64,000 bases of DNA from positions 152,520,001 through 152,584,000 of the forward strand of contig NC_042997.1 of NCBI RefSeq assembly GCF_006345805.1, read 5' to 3'. The translations under genes were made by a program, and so were the position numbers. This DNA is from Octopus sinensis (lineage: Eukaryota). This document shows, piece after piece, positions 53,504 to 64,000 of this stretch (position 1 is the stretch's first letter; every line of letters begins with the position of its first letter). The notes under the pieces are model-generated. The model searched no databases and was not told the DNA's origin. It was given only the letters and a program-made list of their open reading frames with translations.

Positions 53504-55043
53504 AATATATATATATATGTATATATATGTATATATATGTATATAAGAATGTGTGTGTGTAAGTGTGTGTGTGTATAAAAGATATTCAGATAATCGATAT
53601 CTTGCTAATCACACTCAGAAATTTCCAGTCAAATACTGAGATTTATCTGCGGAAACAAAATCAAATTGAATGTGTTGATTAAGTAAGGCTGTATATAATA
53701 AATTATCTATCAAGTAGTTGTGAAACTCAAATATTAATTAAATGATATTATTAAATTTGTATTTATAAAACATATCAATATTCGTAAAAAAACCCAATTT
53801 ATTGCTATATTTTTGTGAAAAAAGAATGAATAACGGATATAAATTAAGATCAAATTAAATTAGAAAGAAGAAATATTGTTATATGTAAACAAAAATATGA
53901 TAAATTTAAGATAAGCGCTCACGCACACATAGGTATATTAATATATATATTTGTGTATGCAGACTTGAACACATCACAAACTCACTTACGCAAACACATG
54001 CATACAAATTTACCCTTAAATGAGAAAATGTCTAACAATTGGTAAATTCTTATTATCTCTGCGTGTGTGTGTAATTGTGCGTACGAGTGTGTGTTTGTGA
54101 GAGCCAAAGAGAGAGAGGGAGAGAAAAATTGAGCATGTGTGGGTTGGAATATGTTCGTGTATATATCTACGTGTTTAAATTATACATGCAAGAAAGGGTG
54201 GTGTATATATAATAACAATAATACGCGCGCGCGTGTGTGTATGTGTGTGTGCGTTTGTGTGTGTCTGTGTGTGTTTGTGTGTGTGTATCTGCATATATGC
54301 TTATACACATACACGCACGAGTGCGAAGTATACCGACTTGGAGAAAGAAGAAAAAAGAGCATATAATTGATGAGGTCGCCAATGGCAACGAAAAGACTAA
54401 CAAACCAGCTGATTGATTTATTGAACGACTAATCATCTAATCAGTTAATTGCTTAGCAATTTGATTAATAATGGTAGTAATAACCTACCAATATAATCAT
54501 TATATCCCACCTAACCTAGGTGCCTTGTTAGAACACCGAGTACTGCGTTATTAGCCTTGAGAAATCCTCACCTACAGGCGTTTGGTGCATCAAAGCACAC
54601 CCATAGAACGTAGCAGACGAAATTCGTCTTCCGTGAACGCCGGAATTCCCATATTATGTGATATCGCTTTATTTGACCTTATGAATGGGAAGCACCGATC
54701 CCCGAACCCTTTGTGAGCGTATCTGAGTTTATCTTATCGTTTTCCACTTTCTTTTAAGATTGTAGAGTGTGCTTTGAGAGAGAATTTGCTGCTCTTACTA
54801 GCACGTTAAGAGACCACTTTGGATCATATACAGATATACCATACGAAGATAGCATAATTGCACGATCACGTCTACAGTCTTCTACTACGGCCCGAACCTA
54901 TAGCAGAAGACACTTGCCCAAGGTGCCACGCAGTGGGACTGAATCCAGAACCATGTGATTGGTAAGCAAGTTACTTACCACACAGCCACTCCTGCGCCTA
55001 TATATATGTATATATAATTTAAAACTCGCTAAGAAGGTTTTGA

Positions 55044-55095
55044 AACCACCTGAAGAATGTCTAAGATGTGCTGACACGAAACGATCGTAGTGGTT
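55044..55095 (+). ncRNA. Minimal type I hammerhead ribozyme (same family as 25921)
   Basis: AACCAC-CTGAAGA-aTGTC..GACAc-GAAA-CGATCG-TA-GTGGTT with a 6-bp stem I. About 190 bp downstream is homologous to 26389-26560. Confidence 0.78.
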
Positions 55096-55704
55096 ATTCA
55101 TATGTTAAATTTTAATTTATATAAATTATTTTATGTATTGGCTTAAGTCTTTCTTTGTTTGATTTGCATAATAGTGGTTTTGTCTCTAATTTGATATAAT
55201 ATAATATTTTACTATAAAATTGGATTCAATCTTAAATCTGATTTTTCCATGTAAATTTGGATTTATTCCCTAATATTTATTATTATATATATATAGTATT
55301 TTGATTATAAACACATGTATAATACTTATGATATGTATAATATTTTGATATATGTATAGATATATAAATAACGTAATACGATATTCTTATGTTGTAAATC
55401 TATTATATAATATATCCAACACTAAATGACAGCTAATCAACTCTACGAAATTTGAAATAGGGCTGATCATTAAAATCTTACATTGTAAGTTTAAGTATAA
55501 CATTAAGTGGCACTCCGTCGGTTATGACGACGCGAGTTCCAGTTAATCCGATCAACGGAACAGTTTGTTCGTGAAATGAACGAGTAAGTGACTGAGCACT
55601 CTATAGACACTTTCCTTCAACGTAGTGCTCAGGGAGATTCGGCGTAACGCAGAATGTGACACGCTGAATATATATATGTGTATCTATATGTGTATACACT
55701 TTAC

Positions 55705-57015
55705 TCAAGTAGTGTGGAGCGACTGACCTCCCTTGTTCGAAGGTTATATGGATACAGTTTGTGTATCAAATAGCTAACTTAAGGCGATGGCCTCATGGAG
55801 CTAATAAGCGGACAGCTTTATTCTTGTTTTTATAAGAGTGCCATATTGGTATGGCGATAACTATTAATTTCCAGGAACGCTGCCGTGTTCTCTTTTAGAG
55901 AGACTTAGTAATTTTAATATTTCTATTATTGAAAACAAGTGGATGTATTCCACCGAAACTAGGTAAATAAAACCTTCGAACAGAGATAGTCGGAAGCGAC
56001 ACCTGCTGGTCTGACTGCACTGCATTGACAAGGGGCAATGCCCCGAAGCGCGTCTGTGGCTGTCGATCAAGTAGTGTGGAGCGACTGACCTCCCTTGTTC
56101 GAAGGTTATATGGATACAGTTTGTGTATCAAATAGCTAACTTAAGGCGATGGCCTCATGGAGCTAATAAACGGACAGCTTTATTCTTGTTTTTATAAGAG
56201 TGCCATATTGGTATGGCGATAACTATTAATTTCCAGGAACGCTGCCGTGTTCTCTTTTAGAGAGACTTAGTAATTTTAATATTTCTATTATTGAAAACAA
56301 GTGGATGTATTCCACCGAAACTAGGTAAATAAAACCTTCGAACAGAGATAGTCGGAAGCGACACCTGCTGGTCTGACTGCGCTGCATTGACAAGGGGCAA
56401 TGCGCCGAAGCGCGTCTGTGGCTGTCGATCAAGTAGTGTGGAGCGACTGACCTCCCTTGTTCGAAGGTTATATGGATACAGTTTGTGTATCAAATAGCTA
56501 ACTTAAGGCGATGGCCTCATGGAGCTAATAAGCGGACAACTTTATTCTTGTTTTTATAAGAGTGCCATATTGGTATGGCGATAACTATTAATTTCCAGGA
56601 ACGCTGCCGTGTTCTCTTTTAGAGAGACTTAGTAATTTTAATGTTTCTATTATTGAAAACAAGTGGATGTATTCCACCGAAACTAGGTAAATAAAACCTT
56701 CGAACAGAGATAGTCGGAAGCGACACCTGCTGGTCTGACTGCGCTGCATTGACAAGGGGCAATGCGCCGAAGCGCGTCTGTGGCTGTCGATCAAGTAGTG
56801 TGGAGCGACTGACCTCCCTTGTTCGAAGGTTATATGGATACAGTTTGTGTATCAAATAGCTAACTTAAGGCGATGGCCTCATGGAGCTAATAAACGGACA
56901 GCTTTATTCTTGTTTTTATAAGAGTGCCATATTGGTATGGCGATAACTATTAATTTCCAGGAACGCTGCCGTGTTCTCTTTTAGAGAGACTTAGTAATTT
57001 TAATATTTCTATTAT
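55705..57015 (+). repeat. Tandem array of a 362-bp unit (3.6 copies) with hammerhead-like motifs; retrozyme-like
   Basis: Units start at 55705, 56067, 56429 and 56791 with only a few substitutions between them; the array ends in (TA)n. Confidence 0.92.
56019..56060 (+). ncRNA. Variant minimal hammerhead motif (also at +362 and +724)
   Basis: CTGCA-TTGACAA-GGGGC aat GCCCC-GAAG-CGCG-TC-TGTGG. U3-A8 core, with G at position 15.1. Confidence 0.6.
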
Positions 57016-57018
57016 ATA

Positions 57019-57049
<31 letters not shown>

Positions 57050-57118
57050 CATACATACATACATATATATATATATTATATATATAATATATATATATAC
57101 GTACATACATACATATAT

Positions 57119-57177
<59 letters not shown>

Positions 57178-60100
57178 CATATGCTTATATTAACATCTGA
57201 TTTCCACTTAGTACGCTCGTATACGTATATGTACGTAAATTACATTTACAAGTAGGTGCACGAACAAAGTAACGAGAACGGAATGCATCTAATAAAATAA
57301 ATATATAATCGTTAAATCTTTTAACTTTTCCATTACTTTACGTTTCACGTCGGAGAGACATTCTTCAGCTGGAATATCACCAAAGAATGTTTTCCAAAAA
57401 GGAAATTTGTGCTGCTGGTCTGTTTTGTGATATCGCATATTATAAACTTAAAGTTAGCGGAATTAGTTTCTATTTCGGTGTTTTAATATACAAAGTAGAC
57501 CACATCAAAGTAGTAGTGTTTCGACAATATCTTCTACATTTTGTTTTAAATTATGGCTTAATGATCACTGCCATGTGTTTCTAATTTCGATATCCCTACA
57601 GATCATCACTACGGGTCACCTTGGGTAGACGTATTCCACAACAGCTCCGGGTACTGATGATGTACAAGTATAATTTAGTAGAGGGAAACTGCGGAAACTT
57701 GTGCATGTTTTGGATTTCAAATTAAGTATTAGATGGTGCACAAGATTCATGAGACAGTATGATGGTATAGGATTCTGACAGAGAAAGAAGATTGCATAAA
57801 ATCTATCTGGTAACCTTTATGATAACCTATTAGCGTTTCACAAATTTGTAAGCAGAAATCGGTAGAATAAAGGTTATAGGTTATCACATTTTTATAATCA
57901 TGATCGAAAATCTTAAATTTGTCATGTCAGGGAAATAAACCGCGAACCAAATACGAGAGAAAACTGTAATGGAGGATATTAAGGGATAAGAGAAGATCAA
58001 GTTTACTTTAAATCTTTCTTGTATAGTAAAGGGTGTTAAATTAAAAGACATTTTAATGAGAAAAACAATGCTAAAGGTAGCATTTCCAAAAGCAGTTGCT
58101 GTACACATACAAACACAACCTTAGATGAATTAAAGTGTCTGTGAATAATGAAAGCTTGGAATATACAACATAGGTAACGACAAAAGAATAGTTTGTTCGC
58201 TGGTCTGGAATCAGTTTAAATTAAATCTGGTGAAGAGTATTGTTGAACATGTCCGATTACAAACCATTGAATTGTAGTAAATTCTGGCCAACGAAGTATT
58301 TTGCGAACATTACATATTGAAATCAATAATCGTTTCAGGACAAAGCGACAATAAATAGAGCAACTTGATGTAAGCATATGCGAAAGTGGAGGGGACGCAA
58401 GCTCCATTATTACATCTGGTCTGTGAACAGATAGTTAATTTATAGGAGGAAAGAAGAGGCAACATTATCAAATCATTCAAGAAATTTGAAAAGGAATTCA
58501 TTGAATGTTGCAAAGGACGCATATATTTACATAGGATGATGATGATGATAGTGATTTTGTTGTTGTTTCTTCTCTTGTTGTTCTTGATGATGGTGGTTGT
58601 GGTGGTGGTGGTGTTGTTTGTGATGTACAACCCATAATTACGGGGAGAAAAAGTGAAGAATATCTGCACGACAATATCTTTCACCCTTACGATAATGAAA
58701 GTTTATGTAGTACTGAAGATGATGAACAAAGTGATTTTGGAGGATTTTAACGATCCTTTACGTTTGTAATGCTTCAGATTTCCTATATTATTGCAGTTTA
58801 AAACCACATTAATTTTCTATTTCAGTTTCCTATACATAAATATAACTTCCAAATTCATTTTCATTCTCCGTATTTATCATGGCCGTGGCCATAAGCTGCA
58901 TTGAATCACCAAATTAGAAATAGTAGTTCACCATAGGTACACAGTGCTATGGTGAGTGTGGCTTCAAATAAAATAATCCATCAAAGAATTGCGATTGTAA
59001 CAGCAATGATTATTCAGTATATACATAGAAATACACAACCTATTATATAAATAAGGCCTTGTAACATTTATGAATATTTACACCAAGCCTAAGTATTTAG
59101 AAGAGATACAGGGCTATATTTGCTGAGTAGGATATGCGTTTTGATACGTATACTGAATAATTATTTACATTTATTGCAATAATTCATTTTATTTCATTTC
59201 CATTAATCATTGAAAAGATTATTTGGGTTTCTGTACTGTATATATCCGTTGGTTTCTAATATGAATTTCAGCCCTTCAAAAATATTAACCTTATAAAAGC
59301 TGGTCTGCGAAATTTAGCCAAAATAGCTGTTATACAAGAGAAACGAGATTTATAAATGTATATATAGTCTATATATATATAGTTGGCTGTCAACTTGTGT
59401 ATGAGAAGTTTAAGCAGTGACTGAAAGTAATCAACAATGTCTGTGGAGAATTTTAAGACTAAGTCTATGGAAAGAAACTTTAGATACTTGCCATCTTATT
59501 AGCAATACAAAGAACAAACCGAGACAAAAAAATTTCGTGCCAATAAAAAACGTATTCCCGGGAGTAAGAGAGATTCAGCTGAGAAAGAAGATGACCAAAT
59601 GACTTACAAAATTCTCACTTCAACAAGGTTTATATCACAGAAAGACCTTACATTTACTTAGTGATATTGTTTAACAAAAGTTAGAAGATGGCTCACTGTC
59701 ACTGGCTTTTCAAAGCACAGAAGCCAACCTAGAATTCCGAAACGCCGGCGCTGTTGCAAGATAGTCAATGCCCATAGGCTGCGTTCATGCTTCCTTTTCA
59801 TATAAATGGGTCTAGTCCTCCTAGGGTCTTGCGATCCTCATGAGAGGGCTAACCTCATCGGTATAGTTATATGATCAAGTTACATGCAACAGGTTGTACT
59901 GGATTATTTGGATTACACGTAGGCTGGAGCTCTCACAGTCGACCTGATATACATCCATATATATGTGTGTGTGTGTGTGTGTGCTTGCACACAAGCATAG
60001 GAATATCCGGTTTCCCGGTTTCTCTGGCGCACATATTCCTGCCTGGAGGGGATGCCGGTCCGTGGCAAAATTACTCATTTTTACCAGCTGAGTGGACTGC

Positions 60101-60268
60101 AGCAACATGAAATGAAGTGTTTTGCTGAAGAACACAACGCATCGCCTTTTCCAGGAATCGAAACCACAATCTTACGATCATGAGTTCAACACCCTGACCA
60201 GTAAGCCATACAAGTGTATACACATATTTACACACACACACACACACAACACACACACACACACACAT

Positions 60269-60299
<31 letters not shown>

Positions 60300-60300
<1 letters not shown>

Positions 60301-60592
60301 CGTGAGGTTGTGAGCTCGAATCCCGGACCGGGCTGCGTGTTGTGTTCTCGAGCAAGGCACTTTATTTCACGTTGCTCCAGTTCACTCAGCTGTAGAAATG
60401 AGTTACGACGTCACTGGAGCCAAGCTGTATCGACCTTTGTCTTTCTCTTGGATAAAACTGGTGGCGTGGAGAGGGGAGGCTGGTATGCATGGGCGACTGC
60501 TGGCCTTCCATAAACAACCTTGCCCGGACTTGTGTCTAGGAGGGTAACTTTCTAGGTGCAATCCCATGGTCATTCATGACCGAAGGGGGTCT
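60300..60592 (+). mobile_element. tRNA-derived SINE (family of 38218-38550), 5'-truncated
   Basis: High similarity to 38260-38550. Confidence 0.85.
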
Positions 60593-60593
60593 T

Positions 60594-60625
<32 letters not shown>

Positions 60626-61193
60626 CACGCACGCACACACACAAATGTATACGTGTATGCCTGTTTGGGTGTGTATGTGTGTTTGTACGTATATATGTAT
60701 GTATTTATGCATTTATGTACACAAAGGTTTGGAATTGGATTCCAAAATGACAGAGAGCTTATTGCTCATTTCCTTTGCTACAACTTTGAAGAAGCGAATT
60801 TAAAATCCTGACGCTGTGTTAATTTCTTCTGTCTAAATAAACCATAACAGGAACTATTTGGATAGATTAAAAGTTAGAATAATGACAAAATTAATTGATA
60901 TTCCTTTATCTTGCAGTGTATTCATTAACGAGATTAGACAAATGAAATGCAAACCTCATTATACGTGCATCTTTCGCACATATCCATAATGAGGATACAA
61001 ATAAGATAAATAGGAATATTGACCTACATTGAGATTATTTAGGTCACATTTAAAATGTCCTTGCACATACGGTTTAGGAGGAGTTAACGAACATAAAAAT
61101 GTAACAGAGAAACATCACTCAAATTTATATTAAGTTATGCGTATATATATATATATATATATATACATATGTACATACACACACACATACACG

Positions 61194-61226
<33 letters not shown>

Positions 61227-61330
61227 GTGTGTATTTATATGTAGGTGCGTACATTCATTTACATACAGACATACATACATACATAGTTATATATGTATAT
61301 GTGTGTGTATGTATGTATGTATGTATGGGT

Positions 61331-61384
<54 letters not shown>

Positions 61385-61643
61385 ATATATATTCAGATAC
61401 ATTTTTGGTTATTTTTAGTTATTTAGGATTCATAACGAATCGAGTCATATCAACTTGTAGAGCGCCACCGATTGGTTAGACAGAATTACGTCACTTAGCG
61501 GTTCGGAAAAACAGACCAATAGAATAAGTACTGGGCTTACAAAGAATAAGTCCCGGGGTCGATTTGCTCTACTAAAGGCAGTGCTCCAGCATGGCCGCAG
61601 TCAAATGACTGAAACAAGTAAAAGAGTAAAGAGTAAAAGAGTA

Positions 61644-61794
61644 AAGTAGTGTGGAGCGACTGACCTCCCTTGTTCGAAGGTTATATGGATACAGTTTGTG
61701 TATCAAATAGCTAACTTAAGGCGATGGCCTCATGGAGCTAATAAGCGGACAGCTTTATTCTTGTTTTTATAAGAGTGCCATATTGGTATGGCGA

Positions 61795-61800
<6 letters not shown>
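61644..61800 (+). repeat. Dispersed partial copy of the 362-bp unit
   Basis: AAGTAGTGTGGAGCGACTG...GGCGATAACTA appears identical to the start of the array unit; it lies between a SINE tail and (TA)n. Confidence 0.92.
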
Positions 61801-61830
<30 letters not shown>

Positions 61831-64000
61831 GAAGCACTTGCCATTCCCTACATAGAAGACTACACGAAGACACGATGTACATGCATAAGTAATGTATATT
61901 TAAGAATATAGGCATTGATAAATTAATCATAATTCACACATACTTTCTTTTTTCTATTCTATTACATTATTCAATAATATTTCTTTCTTAGATACAAAAC
62001 AAAAGTATTGTTGTCTATTTATTTACTGAAATCAATTTATAATTAATATATTGAAAATAAATGTAGTTTTGATAATAGGGATATCTCTGAATATAACATT
62101 TCCGTATATGAAGTAAATCAAATTCTTTTATTGTCTTAAACGTGGAGAAGTGGCTACTTTTCCTGATCAACAGCTGCAAAAGAGTTGCGTTGTGTGGCGA
62201 GTGACGTTTTATCTCAGGAGGAAATTGAAATGATTCGTTGAGTTGAGTAATTTTGTTCTAAACGTTCATCGTGTGATCTTCTATTATTTATCTATTCTGA
62301 ATTAGCTAATTACAATTTCTACAGCATATTTTTTTTCAGCTAGATCAAACTAAATTTGCACATAAAAATATACAATTTTTAGATTTCTTGAATTAGAAAC
62401 TAGCATAATTCTTCGATTGTAATTGAAATGAAGAAAGTTAATGAGGAAAAATCTTAATTATTACTTGAAATGAAATATTTGTGAATATGAGCCAAACCAG
62501 TTTAAAGGATCTGCACTAACAAATCAGGCAAGTTATAAAACTAATGAATATAAGGATTTTAAACTGAAGCCATCTATAATTTTATAATATTTTATGATGT
62601 TTTATATTTTCAGATGCGTTACTATAACATTATTGCGAATCTCTGTCAGAATGTGAAACATTAAATATATTGCTCAAGCGATAACACAGAAATACAATGA
62701 AAATTTGTTGTTTTCAACGTATATTAAATCAATAGCATGCTAGTTTGATGCAACCTGTTATCTTCAATCCTCTGATGAAGTGTAACTTTCCTGGTGTGAA
62801 ACAGAATTACATAACATGTATAATAGTTCTACATGCAATGCCGGTATAAAATTTATTGTGTGAGCAGTTACAGAAAATTGAAGCATTAAATAACTGTTTC
62901 AAATTGTAACACAGGGCCAACATCAGGGTAGGAGTATAGTCGATTACATCGTTCACGGTGTTTGACTGGTACCTTATAATATCGGCTCCGAAGGGATAAA
63001 AGTTGACCTCAGCAGGGTTTGAACTGAGAACGTAAAGAGCTGGAAGAAATGCCGCTAAGTTAAAGTTAAATTGGAAGGGCAACACAACAGACTGGTCAGA
63101 TTTCTGGCGTAAAGATCAGTATGTTAATGTCTATAGGAAAACGTGATTGTTAAATGAATCCGAAGTCTGCTCCGAAATTTTCAACCGAGAGAACTCCCTT
63201 AACGGCTGCTATGATAAAATGAGCAGTGCGTGACGTTTTCAAATGCATTTTAGTTTGTGTATAAAACACTTTACTTCTGTTAAAATATTTGTTTTTCGCT
63301 GAAAAGACAGCTTTGCCATTTTTTTCATCCATTATTTATTTCTTGCTTTATTACTATCTTTATATTATGTTTTCTACAAGACAAAAAGACCATTCGCGAA
63401 ACATGGCTGTTTTAAAGCTGTAATACAAAAGAATATCTTCATCTGGTTGAAATGAAAGAGTTAACATTTGTTTGTAAAGATAACGTGTAAACATTATGAG
63501 GGTGGTTGGTCGACAGCAAATGTATTTCAGTTCATTCATTCTCATCGAGTAAACTTTAAATGTTGAATTATTCGTTTTATTTGGCTGTTTTATGAACGTT
63601 TTAATTCTCTGTATTTAGTTTGTTTTCATGTACAAGTATTATGAGAATATTTGTATTTTCAGGTGTCTTTCTGTCTTTCTTTGTCGTTATTTCTATTAAA
63701 TATTTCTCTTATTCATAGCCAAATATTATGTTCGTTTTTTTTCTATTTTCAAGTCTGACAGCTGCTTGTTAGACAACAAAACAGCCAATTGCTGTCTTCA
63801 TAGTATCTATGTATGTAAAAGCAGCTTGAGCAATTTCATATAACATAATCTGCTTTTAATGATATTTTTGTTACTGTTTCTTGATTTCTTCTACTTTTAG
63901 TAGATTAATTCTGCTTTGTCATTTTATATTGGGTTCACCTTGGCGTGGTAATAACAGAGTTATGCAAAAAGGGACTGACTTACATTGTGGCTTTTATGAC

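Noticed and set aside
55705-57015. CRISPR-like array or repeated small protein genes (68 and 78 aa minus-strand ORFs)
   Set aside because: Units are wholly repeated with no unique spacers, and the ORFs have non-ATG starts and no recognisable motif.
57335-57372. Minus-strand CTGAAGA-ATGTC/GACGT-GAAA-CG-TA hammerhead core
   Set aside because: Core and stem II are present but stem I does not pair; at best a truncated remnant.
57850-58500. Possible decayed LTR-retrotransposon integrase (PETII, QFNGL..HVQ)
   Set aside because: The motifs are too short and broken to support without a profile search.
62770-62810. CTGATGA...GAAA
   Set aside because: No stem II or stem I pairing; chance match.
61900-64000. 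Repeat-poor AT-rich stretch that might hold a host exon or promoter (also 1-1600)
   Set aside because: No convincing ORF, splice pair or recognisable domain could be supported by eye.

Overview
AT-rich, microsatellite-dense animal DNA. The SINE families and repeat landscape look like an octopus/cephalopod genome, which is an inference. I could not identify any host exon, and most six-frame ORFs are translations of microsatellites. The window is almost entirely mobile DNA: tRNA- and Nin-domain SINEs, Tc1/mariner/maT copies, foldback MITEs, fossils of several non-LTR clades (Tx1-like, R4/Dong-like, CRE-like, CR1-like, Penelope-like) and a 100-N gap with a probable false duplication. Two loci stand out. 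(1) At 55705-57015 there are 3.6 tandem copies of a highly self-complementary 362-bp unit. Each full copy carries a non-canonical (U3-A8) minimal hammerhead-ribozyme motif, and a dispersed partial copy lies at 61644, making this a retrozyme-like or Penelope-derived candidate. (2) At 2275-8239 a Helitron-bounded block carries a head-to-tail array of three ORF1-only (zinc-knuckle, no RT) retroelements plus a fourth fragment. Their 3' tail is shared with the neighbouring Nin-domain SINEs. Further minimal hammerheads occur at about 25921, 28754 and 55044. All comparisons were made by eye, and repeat boundaries are approximate unless termini are quoted.
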